Assembly (NCBI RefSeq): GCF_009914755.1
Contig: NC_060938.1
DNA: 64,000 nt
Direction: 5' to 3' (one strand)
Source: the human T2T-CHM13v2.0 reference genome, Homo sapiens
A program made the position numbers and the translations under genes. Shown here one piece after another: positions 1 to 12,021 of the stretch. Numbering within the stretch: the first letter of the stretch is position 1; every line of letters begins with the position of its first letter. The notes under the pieces are model-generated. The model ran no database searches. It saw only the letters and a program-made list of their open reading frames with translations, and was not told where the DNA came from.

Positions 1-100
1 GACTCTTTATCCAATTTGCCAGTCTGTGTCTTTTAATTGGAGTATTTAGCCCATTTACATTTAGGGTTAATATTGTTATGTGTGAATTTGATCCTGTCAT
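1..100 (-). pseudogene. N-terminus of L1 ORF2p (endonuclease domain), cut by the window edge
   Basis: ATG at 100-98 reads MTGSNSHITILTLNVNGLNTPIKRHRLANWIK. Confidence 0.92.
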
Positions 101-163
101 TATGATGTTAGCTCATTATTTTACTCAATAGTTAATGCAATTTCTTCCTAGCATCGATGGTCC

Positions 164-1184
164 TTACAATTTGGCATGTTTTTTCAGTAGCTGGTACCAG
201 TTATTCCCTTCCATGTTTAGTGCTTCCTTCAGGAGCTCTTGTAAGGCAGGCCTGGTGGTGACAAAATCTCTCAGCATTTGTTTGTCTGTAAAGGATTTTA
301 TTCTCTTTCACTTATGAAACTTAGTTTGGCTGGATATGAAATTCTGGGTTGAAAATTCGTTTCTTTAAGAATGTTGAATATTGGCCCCCACTCTCTTCTG
401 GCTTGTAGAGTTTCTGCCGAGAGATCAGCTGTTAGTCTGATGGGCTTCCCTTTGTGGGTAACCCGACCTTTCTCTCTGGCTGCCCTTAACATTTTTTCTT
501 TCATTTCAACTTTGGTGAATCTGACAATTATGTGTCTTGGAGTTGCTCTTCTCAAAGAATATCTTTGTGGCATTCTCTGTGTTTCCCGAATTTGAATGTT
601 GGCCTGCCTTGCTAGGTTGGGGAAGTTCTCCTGTCAAATATCCTGCAGAGTGTTTTCCAACTTGGTTCCATTCTCCCCATCACTTTCAGGTACACCAGTC
701 AGATGTAGATTTGGTCTTTTCACATAGTCCCATATTTCTTGGAGGCTTTGTTCATTTCTTTTTACTCTTTTTTCTCTAAACTTCTCTTCTCACTTCATTT
801 CATTCAGTTGATCTTCAATCACTGATACCCTTTCTTCCACTTGATCGAATCTACTACTGAAGCTTGTGCATGTGTCACATAGTTCTAGTGCCATGGTTTT
901 CAGCTCCATCAGGTCATTTAAGGTCTTCTCTACACTGTTTATTCTAGTTATCCATTCATCTAATCTTTTTTCAAAGTTTTTAGCTTCTTTGCAATGGGTT
1001 CGAACATACTCATTTAGCTCGGAGAATTTTGTTATTACCGGTCGTCCGAAGCCTTCTCTCAACTCCTCAAAGTCATTCTCTATCCAGCTTTGTTCCGTTG
1101 CTGGTGAGGAGCCGTGTTCGCTTGGAGGAGAAGAGGCTCTCTGATTTTTAGAATTGTGGGCTTTTCTACTCAGTTTCTCCCAAT
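164..1184 (-). pseudogene. L1 ORF1p, disrupted
   Basis: Start codon reads ATT (plus strand aat, 1182-1184). Premature stop at 790-792 and a frameshift near 300. Canonical TAA at 164-166. Confidence 0.9.
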
Positions 1185-1721
1185 CTTCATGGTTTTATCT
1201 ACCTTTGGTCTTTGATGATGGTGACATACAGATGGGGTTTTTGTGTGGATGTCCTTTCTGTTTGTTAGTTTTCCTTCTAACAGTCAGGACCCTCAGCTAC
1301 AAGTCTGTTGGAGTTTGACCGGCAGAGGCTGCAGAACAGCAAATATTGCAGATGGGCAAATGTTGCTGCTGATCCTCCCTCTGGAATCTTCATCTCAGAG
1401 GGGCACCCGGCTGTATGAGGTGTCAGTCGGCCCCTACTGGGAGATGTCTCCCAGTTAGGCTACTCGGGGGTCAGGGACCCACTTGAGGAGGCAGTCTGTC
1501 CATTCTCAGATCTCAAACTCCGTGCTGGGAGAACCACTACTCTCTTCAATGCTGTCAGACAGGGACTTTTGAGCCTGCAGAAGTTTCTGCTGCCTTTTGT
1601 TCAGCTATGCCCTGCCTCCAGAGGTGCAGTCTACAGAGGCAGCCAGGCCTCCTTGAGCTGCGGTGGGCTCCACCCAGTTCAAGCTTCCTGGCCGCTTTGT
1701 TTACCTAGTCAAGCCGTAGCA

Positions 1722-1985
1722 ATGGTTGACACCCCACCCCCAGCCTCACTGCCGCCTTGCAGTTCAATCTGAGACTGCTGTGCTAGCAGTGAGCGAGGCT
1801 CCATGGGCGTGGGATCCTCCCAGCCAGGTGTGGGATATCATCTCCTGGTGTGCTGTTTGCTAAGACCATTGGAAAAGTGCAGTGTTAGGGTGGGAGGGTC
1901 CCAATTTTCCAGGTACCATCTGTCATGGCGTCCCTTAGCTGGGAAAGGGAATTCCCCGACTCCTTGTGCTTCCCAGGTGAGGTGA
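1722..1985 (+). pseudogene. L1 antisense ORF0 homologue, interrupted by a stop at 1770-1772, with an in-frame ATG at 1803
   Basis: MVDTPPPASLPPCSSI* followed in frame by MGVGSSQPGVGYHLLV...VRVGGSQFSR resembles primate L1 ORF0 (MAGAPPPASLPPCS...VGVGPSEPGVGY...RVGVTRFSR). Confidence 0.8.
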
Positions 1986-2136
1986 TGCCCCGCCCTGCTT
2001 CGGCTCACACTGCGTGGGCTGCAGCCACTGTCCAACAAGCCTCAGTGAGATGAACCCCGTACCTCAGTTGGAAATGCAGAAATCACCCATCTTCTCCATC
2101 ACTCACTCTGGGAGCTGTAGACGAGCTGTTCCTATT

Positions 2137-2148
2137 TGGCCATCTTGG
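2137..2148 (-). promoter_or_regulatory. YY1 site of the L1 internal sense promoter
   Basis: Minus strand CAAGATGGCC at the L1 5' end. Confidence 0.75.
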
Positions 2149-2299
2149 AACCTGGGATCTGCATCTTTTTTCTAATAAACATTAGTTGAAATTAAATTAA
2201 TTGTGTGGAATAAGATTGCTGTGACTACAGTATCTTTCTTGGGAACGCTTTTCAAATTAAGCATGAAACATACATTTAACTGACTATAAACACTACGTA

Positions 2300-2425
2300 T
2301 AATCTCTATGAGGGCAGGAAATTTTTTCTTGTGTTTGCTTGCTTCATTAGTTAATGAATCTCTAGCTCCTAGAATGGTGCCACCATATAGTAGCCTTGCC
2401 ATAAATGTTTGCTGAACTTGAATAT
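2300..2425 (+). mobile_element. L2 3' end fragment
   Basis: ctctatgagggcagg...ctagctcctagaatggtgcc...ataaatgtttgctgaa resembles the L2 tail. Confidence 0.65.
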
Positions 2426-2551
2426 TCAAGGTAGAAATAGCAGATTAAGGTAAAAATATAGAAAATGTGAAAAAGTAAAATTATTAGTAGTGACAGGATT
2501 TGTACAGAAATATAAACTTTGGAGGTCTGGGAATAAAGGCATCCTTAAATG

Positions 2552-2745
2552 CAGTGTTTCTCATATTTTAGTCCCCAGACCAGTGGCACCAGTAGCATAA
2601 CATGGGAGCATATTAGGAACACCAATTCTTACTGCACCCTCCGACACTGGATCTACTGAATCAGGCACTCCAGAGGGGAGGACAAGCAATTTGCGTTTAA
2701 CAACCCAACAAGTGATTCTGATGCACAAACATTTGAGAATCATTG
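2552..2745 (+). mobile_element. MER5A (hAT-Charlie MITE)
   Basis: Terminal inverted repeats (TIRs) cagtgtttctca / tttgagaatcattg; internal ctactgaatcag and gtgattctgatgcac. Confidence 0.88.
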
Positions 2746-3164
2746 CCTATTTAGGCCATAAACAACAACATCCCCAGGGAGCTCCAGCTTCTGGCAGCAA
2801 GTGTGTGAAACTGAATCATCCCTAGAGAATGTCACTTGTCATCAGCTAAAGCAGAGATCTATGGTTGGCTTTAGGACTCCACAGTGAAATCAATCATGTG
2901 ACTCAACATTTGACCTGAAAGTCTTATCATTTAATGATTCTGTAATTATGTTTTGGATAAGGACCAAAAGTCACTAAATGTTGATCAGTCTACTCCTTAG
3001 AAGAACTTCATAGAAAAGATATATCTTTCTGTTTCTTTGGAGAAAGATTCCCAAAGAGATATTTAATGTTACATTGTGCACATGCATTCAGGATATGTGA
3101 TAAACAGTCATTAAACACAGTTTACAGGTGCTAAAATTGTTCGCCATGTCTATTTTATTTTTTA

Positions 3165-3460
3165 CATCCATTCACTCATTTAATCAACAAGTAAAATATT
3201 GTGTGCCTGCTATGTCCTATGTGTAGTGCTAGGTGCTAAAGTTAGAATTTTACAAAAAAAAAGCAAACATGGTCTCTACCTTCAAAGAGCTTATTATCCA
3301 ATGGTAAAACCAATGCCAATTGAATAATCAAATAGGCACATGTAAAATCTCAACTGCTGCTACAAATTACAAATGATCTGTGTCATGAGAATATGTGGAT
3401 TTCCCATTTAAAGGTCAGGAAAGATTTTCTTGAGAAAAGATTATTATTCCGAGAACTGAA
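3165..3460 (-). mobile_element. L2 3' fragment
   Basis: cattcactcatttaatcaacaa...tgcctgctatgt...gtgctaggtgct...catggtctctaccttcaaagagctta. Confidence 0.75.
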
Positions 3461-3654
3461 GGATAAAGTTTTTTTTTTTTTAAATTCCTGGACTCATTAA
3501 CTCCCCTTTCTCTGAACTCCTAATCTATTTGAGTTCAATAATACTCACAGCACTTTTCCTCGACATTTTGTGTATGAGTTGCAAGTTACTTAGGGAAGTC
3601 TCTTAATTCCTATTCTTTTCCATATTCTTCACCTCCCATAATGCTTGATGTATC

Positions 3655-4163
3655 ATCTGATAGGTTAGAGTTTCAAGAGGAATGAGATGGTATGCTCATT
3701 TGGTATTATAGAGGAAAATATGTATAATAAAATAATTTCTTAAAAATAGTTGTGCAGCATTCCAGAATTAACAAGAGCTGGGAACTGTTACCAAATCCAA
3801 GTCCGAATGAGAAAAGAGGAGTGATCATTGAAACCCCGACAGAATGATGGCACTATAGGATAGGTAACAGTCTTCATTGACTGGAAACACAGTCCATGCC
3901 AACCTATGACACAGCAAGTTGTGGACATGGGACAATATCCCCAACTTTATTACTTCACTCCCTCCCACTTTTCAGTTTACTACCAGGGCTTTCCATTGAC
4001 CATTCCCAACTGCAAACTAGAAGACAGGAAATCCAGGTGACAACATCCATAATGATTAAATGAGCGAATAAATGAAAAAAAAAATACTACTTCCAGGAAC
4101 ACAGTACAGGATGGAGAAGGGTAGGGAGTGAGACTGGATAGGCAAATTAATAATATCCAATAT
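3655..4163 (-). mobile_element. Ancient ERVL LTR, LTR33-like
   Basis: ccattgaccattcccaac...ggaacacagtacaggatggagaagggtagggagtg...gcaaattaataatatcca resembles LTR33. Confidence 0.6.
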
Positions 4164-4198
4164 AATCAATACACATATACTGGATTATTAGAAAAAGA

Positions 4199-4231
4199 TG
4201 GAAGGAAGGAAGGGAGGAAGGAAGGAAGAAA
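4199..4231. repeat. (GGAA)n microsatellite, imperfect
   Basis: ggaaggaaggaagggaggaaggaaggaagaaa. Confidence 0.9.
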
Positions 4232-5149
4232 GGGTTCTTGTGACTTGGACAGCATTTAATCATAAGCCAAGGTCAGATGTCAGCCAACTTCTCTGAACTC
4301 ATGAGATTTATGGCGCTAAAAACTCTAGAAATTGTTATTTTTTAACTTTTTTTCAACTGACACAGAACTTTTCTGTTCCTGGGCTTCAAATTTTATCACT
4401 TAGCTAGATTGCCAGAATTTGTCTTTCAGTAATGGGTGGTGAGTAGGATCATTATTTCATACTTAAGAAAAGCAAAATAGGAAAATAGTAGTAAGATAGA
4501 TTCATTGTCACAATCATGTTAAAGCACAATAAAACAATACTATAATTTTAAAGTAATTTTAATTTAATACCGTAATTTTAAAATTCATCCAATTCCCCAT
4601 AATAGTCGAATACAAAAGTAATTGCTTTATAATCATGTAATAACGTTCATCAGAAAAAAAATTTTTCTATTTGATAAAATACAGAACCTTCAAAAAATAT
4701 AGAGTCTCTGCAATAACTCAATCAATAAATTCAAGCCTATGAACAGGTAAAATGTATTCCATGAACCTAATTTCCCATAGCACTTATTTCCAAAGTTGAT
4801 ATTTAATTTCAGTTTTCTTTTTTAATATTACAGCCCAACAAACCACTGTCTAATAAAAAAGTTTAATATTTAATTTAGACCTTCATTCAACAAATACATC
4901 TAAAATCTACTGAGAATTACTTATGTACTAGATAACCATAAAAAGTGCTGTGTGACAAATTCAAGAAAGAGTGTCCTGAAGTAATATGAGAAATCTATCA
5001 GAATTATTTTTTCCTTTAGATTATAGGACATTTCACAGATATCTAGTATACAAGATGAAAAGAGCAATCAGACCTTAAGTACATATGAATTAAGAAGTCA
5101 GCTTTTATACGTTATTAATTACTAGTGTTTCAATAGTTGTTAACAGTTT

Positions 5150-5310
5150 AAAGATGTTTCCGTATTTACTGTCTCATTTGTACTCACAAGCATTATAAGA
5201 TGAATTCATTTATATATCATCTTTTGTAGATGAAATTATTTTTGTCATTTTGTAGATGAAAAAATCATGACTCAAATTAGGGAGTCAGTAAGGGGTTGAA
5301 ACCAGGCTTT
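5150..5310 (-). mobile_element. MIR fragment
   Basis: tctcatttgtactcaca...ttttgtagatgaaaaaatcatgactca...gggttgaaaccagg. Confidence 0.55.
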
Positions 5311-6221
5311 TGTTATATTTTGTTTTAGTCTATTAATTTATCCTAATTCAGCATGCTGCTTCACCTCAAAGAAAAGAAAGACAAGATCTGCTTGTGAGGA
5401 TGAGAAAACAAATAATTATGATAAATATAGTGAATGGATTCATCCAGATTTGAGCCTGCCTATGTTGGTGGTAAAGGCTTATCTATTCTAGGTTTTCTAA
5501 AACATTGGCCAGTTTCCCTCTCTTGTCTGGAGCAAGAAACATTCTCCTCTGTCACTTTGCACAAGAATGGGAGTGTTAACCATATGTCAGGACAAATTCC
5601 AACAGTAGTAATTACATTTTTGTTTCTGCACATCCATTAAATTGCTGCCATGTTCTCAACCAGGGTGGCAGTCCATCTAGTGAGGGTGATGAAATGACCC
5701 TCAGCTTTCTATCTGTCTGAGTTTGTTACTTATAAGAGTGCTTGAGGCACACTTGCAGGTGGCAAAGCGTGTGTGTCAGGACAAGCTCATTTATTGTCAG
5801 CAATCAAGGGCATGGAAGGCCCTGTGCTAAGATTTCCACAGAGATAGTCTCCTTGGTAAAGAAAGTGACTCCCTTCCCGCTGTCCTCTGCTTCCTGTAAA
5901 TGTCTAGGGAAACTGGCATCTGGAAGAAAGCTTGAGTGGTATCTCTGAGCTCTCCTGGCTGGTGCCCTAATCCTTCTACCAGTGGGGCTCCTGTCACATT
6001 AATTACAGCCTTTTCAGTGGCCTTTATGTTTCCTAAGGCTCCAAGGAGCAATTAGCACTGTTCACTGCCTCAAACGGATTCTCACTCACAGAGTCCTCGT
6101 TTCTAAACTTGTTTGTCATTATTTGATCTTAAGACACACACTTTCCCCTCTTTGATTACTGAAATTGGCAGAAATATGAAGTCTACTGCAAGGAATTCAA
6201 TGGCAAATAATTGAATATGAT

Positions 6222-7740
6222 TTTTTAAACAAGCTTTTGATTGAAATTTAACATACATTTAGAACATTACACAATTCTTCCTATCACCAAATTAACAGAC
6301 ACTATGTAACCACCACCAGGGTCAAGAAAGGAAACATTACCTGCATGCTGGAAGCATTCTTGATGTTTCCTCCCAGTGACTACATTTATGGTAATCACTA
6401 TCCTTACTTCTAAATTCGTAGATCATTTTAGCTATTTTTACCTTTATACAAACAAAATAATACTGTATGTCCTCTTTTGTATATTGTTGCCTTTGTTCAA
6501 TATTGTATTTGTGAAATTCATTGATTTCTCTTGTGTAGCAGTTAGGGTGTTCGCTCTTACTGTTAAATATTGTGGGGAATATACCAACATTCCATTACAG
6601 GAATATACCAGAATGTATTTATCCATTTGACTGTTAGTGGTCATTTTGAGTAGCTTTCAGTTGGAGGCTATTACAAATAATGCTACCATGAACCTTCTTA
6701 TGCATGACTTTGGTTAATCATATGTGTGCAGTTTTGTTGAGTATATAATTAGGAATGGAAATAGTAGAAAAGTGAACATATGTATTTTTAGCTTTAGAAG
6801 ATTCTGCCAATTTTCCAAAGTGTTTTTACTAAATGACAGGCCAACAACAGTTTTATGAAAGTTCTAGTTATCCACCTTCTGTGAAGACTTGGTCTGGTCA
6901 ATCTTTTCTCTTTTAAGCTGTTCTGTGTGTTGTGTGGCGATATTTAATTGTGAATTTAATTTGCATTTCTTTGATGATAATGATATTGAGTATTTTTTCA
7001 TATGGCTGTTGGCATTTATGTATCATCTTTTGTAAACTGTCTTTAAGATATTTAACGTATTTTTATGGTGAGGGGAGGCGGTTGGCTGTTTATTAATAAG
7101 TAGAAGTTCTTTATATATTTTAGATAGAAGTCCTTGTAGGATACATGTGTAACAGCTTCCCCCATGCCTGATATTTATTGTCATGACAGTATCTTTTGAT
7201 AAGCAGGAGTTCTTCATCATAATGTAGTCCATGTTTATCACTATTTCTTTATGGTTTATCACTATTTCTTTATGGTTGGTACTTCTCAATGTCCTATTTA
7301 AGAAATGTTTGCTATCCAGAGTCATGAGGATGTTCTCTTATGTTTTCTTCTTAAGTACAAAGTAGCAGTCAAGAGTTTTCTTCCTTTAGCGTAAATTAAA
7401 GGTCAGCATTCACTTTTTCCCACATGCACTTCTAATTTTCTGATTGATTCAGTCCTGTTTATTTAAAAGAAAAAAAAAATCCCTTCCCTGGAGCACTTCA
7501 GTAGAGTATTTTTCATAAATCAGGTGATTATATGCATCTGAATCTGTTTCTTGACCCTATTCTTTTTCCATTGATCTATATATCTCTTTGCTCCAATACC
7601 ACATGTTCTTCATTTCCATGGCACTATAGTAAGTCTCAATATCTGAAAAGTCTTTCAATGTTGTTATTCTTTAAGATTATATTGGTCATTTTGGCCCTGT
7701 TCATTTCCATGTGTACGTTAAAATCAGTTTATTAATTTCC
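6222..7740 (-). mobile_element. Ancient L1 (L1ME/L1MD-type) 3'UTR and ORF2 end
   Basis: tatgtaaccaccaccagggtcaagaaaggaaacattacc; gctattacaaataatgctaccatgaac; ttttaatttgcatttctttgat-like motifs. Confidence 0.85.
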
Positions 7741-7799
7741 ACACACAAATGCACACAATATATAGTTTATAAGATATCCTCCTTAACCACCTCATAATT

Positions 7800-9020
7800 A
7801 TTATAATTATTACTAATGTTATTATTCTGCTATTGCTGTCCTGTATAGGGATATTTGTATATGCTCACACATTTACCTTTATCATTGCTTTTTATTCCCT
7901 CACGCCTTACTATTTTTCCATCTCAGATCATTTTTATTTGCCCGATTAAAAAAAATTTTAGTATTTGCATTAGTGTAAGTACACAGATGACAAATTCTTT
8001 TTTTTACATCTAAAAATGTATTTACTTTGTTGCCGCTTTAAAATTATTTTATTGTATCATCTTAGAGATTAATAATAATGATAATCCCACTGACTTGTTT
8101 AATAAGATTAATTCTACTTTCTTATACTCTTTACTGTTTCTATTGAAATGTTAGATGTCAGATTGGTACTGATTTGAGGCAATAAATCAATCTTTTCTTC
8201 CAATGGTTATTTGATATTGGAAGTCAGCAGTATTTCTCTAATGCCTTTGGGTGTGAATATTTTCATGTTTAATCTGCTTGGATTTTAAAACAAAATTTAT
8301 AAATTAATAAATTTGCAAGTTAATGTCTTTAGTTTTGGAAAAGTTTTTTTTTTTTCAAATATTGCTTCTGCCTCTCATTTTTTCTCTCCTACACATCTGG
8401 GACAGTAAGTACAAATATATTACATATATCTTTACTGACCCCATATTATCTATTGTGTCCTTTTACATAGCTATTACCTTTTCTGCTCTCTATGCTTCAG
8501 GCTGTAAATATTCAACTGCCTCATCTTCTGTTTGTCTAATAACATCTGAAAGTTATCATTCAACTCATGTATTAAATTTTGAATGTTAATCAATATAATT
8601 CTTTTAGATTTAGACATTCAATATGATTCTCTTTCACTGGTTTTAATTCTCTAGGGAAAACCTATCCATTGTGTATTCATTTTCTTGAAAACATTAAGTT
8701 ATTTTAAAGTCTGTATTTGATAACTCCAATAACCAGGTCATCTGTATTTTTATTTTCCTCTTGGCCTTATGTTTTATATTCCTAGCAATTTTTTATTGAA
8801 TGTCAAATATTACATATGGTAACTTGTAGAATCTCAGAATGTTGTTACCTTTTTCTGTGAGGATTCATCTTATTTCTTGTAGATCAGTTGGAGTAAGGGC
8901 AGATAACCTTAATTTGCTCAAGGTCAGAACTGACTCTAAGCCGTTTTGTAGTTTTTGTTAAGACTAGATCTGCCTCTGATTCTCCACTACTCCTAAGTAT
9001 AAGGGTTCCAACTGAGAGCC
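7800..9020 (-). mobile_element. Very old L1M/HAL1-like ORF1/5' remnant
   Basis: T-rich decayed sequence with ttcaaatattgcttctgcctctca...ctctcc, typical of antisense L1M ORF1. Confidence 0.55.
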
Positions 9021-9029
9021 TGCATTGTT

Positions 9030-9175
9030 TTTTTTTTTTTTTTTTTTTGAGCTTTTTTTTTTTTTTTTTTTTATTATACTTTAAGTTTTAGGGTACATGT
9101 GCACATTGTGCAGGTTAGTTACATATGTATACATGTGCCATGCTAGTGCGCTGCACCCACTAACTCGTCATCTAG
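9030..9175 (-). mobile_element. Severely 5'-truncated young L1 (L1PA2-type 3' end) with an interrupted poly(A) tail
   Basis: Near-perfect L1 3'UTR (attatactttaagttttagggtacatgtgcacattgtgcagg...actaactcgtcatctag, GAG/non-Ta state). TSD gcattgtt (9022-9029) / gtattgtt (9175-9182). Confidence 0.95.
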
Positions 9176-10364
9176 TATTGTTAATAGGCTGAGTCTTGAA
9201 CTACTTTCCATGTAGCAGTACCAAGCACCCCTCCTGACTGGAGCTATTAAGGATTTATTACAAACATCCAGACCTCTAATATTTAAATAACAATAGCAGT
9301 ATAAACATTTTGAAACAAGGGGTCAGTAGTTAAGGTCAGTTTCATATTTTACTATCAACATAATGATAGAAATGTGAGTCATCGTATAAGGTAAATTAAC
9401 AACAACAACAAAAAACTCTGGTATATTGATACCAATCTATGGAATTTACTTATTTAAGTGCAAAATAAAAAAGATTAAATTTTTCTTGATTAGCTCTAAA
9501 CATATAACAATGCAAATTCATGCATTTGAGTGATTTTTCTGTAAAATTATTGTATCAAAATCTGAGCTTGTAGAAATTTAAAAATTGACTTTGATCATGG
9601 CATTTTGTAATTTCAACATCTTTTTTCCTTAAATGAAAGGCACAAGAGGTTTCTTGTTTGTTTCATTTTTGTTTATTTGTTTGCTTGCCTTGTGTTTTTG
9701 TTTTTTTTTTTTTTTGTCAAAACCAGCAAGTAAAACTAAAATCCAAATTTCAGCGTACTTCTTAAAGTTTCATATGTCTGTCGCGACTAGAATAAAAAGA
9801 TGCAGGAAAAAAGGCACTGCGCTGTCAAAGCTAATTCATCCAATAGTCAGAATGTATTTTATAAATATGTAATTTGTGTCTCTTCGAGATTATCCTTGGG
9901 TAAATATAATAAGGTGACTAATTATTTGGAAGATTTATAAAATGAGATGCAGAGATGTCAAGAGACCATTCATGGAGAATGAGATTGTATGGCCAAAGGC
10001 CCTTTAATTGCTCTTGTATATGTGAAATTTTAGACTTAATTTGTTATCTTCTCTAAAATTAATAACTGCTTTTCACATAACAAAAGCCTTTTATATTGTA
10101 GATAATGATCATTGATTCTCATCACTACAATGAGGAGAAGATGAAAAATAATAGATTTCATTTACCTGAATAAGGAATTAAATGAGCTAACATGTACGAC
10201 CTCTCAGAAATAATAGGAGATATGTTCTCAAAAGAACAACCTAATGATGGTTTCAGAGATCTTTAAAATGACAGACTGATTTATATCCTGAATGAAAGAA
10301 CGTAATTTAGTGGATGAAAGCATTTTGGGTGGGTTGGGGAGCCTGGGAAGGGGAAGGATATGCA

Positions 10365-10700
10365 TTTGATTTTGAAATTTTGTTCCACTATTTAAATGTT
10401 GAGTGACCTTAGGCAAATCACTTAAGGACTCTAAGTCTCAGTTTCTTCTATTATAAGATAGAGGTAAAAATGACTTCCTTGTATGTTTGTTGCAGGGCTT
10501 GATATATGATCATAGCTAATATAAAAAGAACTTACATTTAATCCTCATAAACATATTATTGAAAAGGTAGTATTAGTTTTTTAGGAAGAAGTAAGACACA
10601 TGCCCAAGGCCACACAGCTGCTAAGTAATGAGGCCAGGATTTAAGGCAATCTTTCAGGCAATCTTGCCTTAAAGTTTATGTTTCATACTGCCTCTCTGAA
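10365..10700. mobile_element. Two adjacent MIR fragments in opposite orientation
   Basis: gtgaccttaggcaaatcacttaa...tctcagtttc (plus); atttaatcctcataa...gcccaaggccacacagctg (minus). Confidence 0.7.
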
Positions 10701-11119
10701 TAAACACTTGTTCTCTTATTACAAGTATGCTAAAAATAAAGGCACATGGATTGATTGATGGCAATATACCAGTTGGTCGTTGTTACAAGGGGATCTTCTT
10801 ACATTTTTGAGAGGAGGTAGTCCTATGCTGTTATTTTTCTCTTGTAAGGAAGACATAACATATTCATTCACTCTCTAAGCTTATTCAACCCTGTATCAAT
10901 AACTATAATTATTTGTCACTTCTTTCTGTTATTCTATTTGCTTTCATACCCCCCCCTTATTTTAGAGAATTAAAGCTAAAAATAGGATTTCAATTCCAAA
11001 CACACAGTAACACTCACCATGTTATTGCCAAGGCTTACCTTCTTTTGTTCGTGTTTTATTTTCTTGATGTGTGACATTTTACTTTATAAAATGTCATTGG
11101 AGAACTTAGTTGTCTAAAA

Positions 11120-12021
11120 CAGTGGTACCCAACCTTCTTGGCACCAGGGACCAGTTTCATGGAAGACAATTTTTCCACAGACCAGAGGGGCAAGGGGAAT
11201 GTTTCAGGATGATTCAAGCACATTACATTTATTGTGCACTTAATTTCTATTATTATTACATTGTAATATATAGTGAAATAATTATACAACTCAACACAAT
11301 GTGGAATCGGTGGGAGCCCTGAGCTTGTTTACCTGCAACTAGATGGCCCCTGATATTGTTTGGCTGTGTCCCCACCCAAATCTTTTCCTGAATTGTAGTT
11401 CCCATAATCCAAATGTGTCATGGGAGGGACCTGGTGGGAGGTAACTGAATCATGGGGGCAACTACCTCCATGCCGTTCTTGTGATAGTGAGTGAGTTCTC
11501 ACAAAATCTGATGGCATTATAAGGGGCTTTTTCCCCACCTTTGCTCTGCACTGCTTTTTGCTGCTGCCATGTGAAGAAGGATGTATTTTTTCCCCCTTCC
11601 ACCATGACTGTAAGTTTCCTGAGGCCTCCCCATCCATGCCGAACTGTGAGTAAATTAAATAAATCTCTTTCCTTTATAAATTACCCAGTCTTGGGTATGC
11701 CTATATTAGCAGCATGAGAACAGACTAATACAGTCTCATCTAAGGGTGATGAGAGACAGTGACAGGAGCATTAAGTCTCACAAGGAGCACACAACCTAGA
11801 TCCCTCATATGCACAGTTAACAATAGGGCTTGCACTCCTATGAGATCTAATGCCATTGCTGATCTGACAGGAGGTGGAGTTCAGGTGGTAATGCAAGTGA
11901 TGGGGAGCTGCCGTAAATACAGATAAAACTTCTTTCGCTTGCGCACAACTCATCTTATGCTATGGGGCCTGGTTGCTAACAGTTCCTAATAGGTCTGTGG
12001 CCTGAGGATTAGGGACACCTG
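11120..12021 (-). mobile_element. MER1A (hAT-Charlie), split by a THE1 LTR
   Basis: TIR-like ends cagtggtacccaac / agggacacctg. Perfect 8-bp TSD gtctaaaa at 11112-11119 and 12022-12029. Confidence 0.93.
11351..11732 (+). mobile_element. THE1C/D solo LTR (MaLR) nested in MER1A
   Basis: tgatattgtttggctgtgtccccacccaaatc ... cagactaataca; degenerate 5-bp TSD gcccc/gtctc. Confidence 0.93.

Larger units (their letters stand above)
1..2155 (-). mobile_element. 5' portion of a primate LINE-1 (L1PA5/L1PA6-like): 5'UTR, ORF1, inter-ORF spacer and start of ORF2; runs off the window's left edge
   Basis: The minus strand begins ggttccaagatggccaaataggaacagctc (L1 5' end). ORF-track peptides match ORF1p (RATPRHIIVRFTKVEMKEKMLRAAREKGRVTHKGKPIRLTADLSAETLQARREWGPIF). 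The A-rich flank at 2156-2172 fits a TSD/endonuclease site. Confidence 0.97.

Noticed and set aside
1-2155. Retrotransposition-competent L1
   Set aside because: ORF1 lacks its ATG and has a stop and a frameshift; 5'UTR CpGs are largely decayed.
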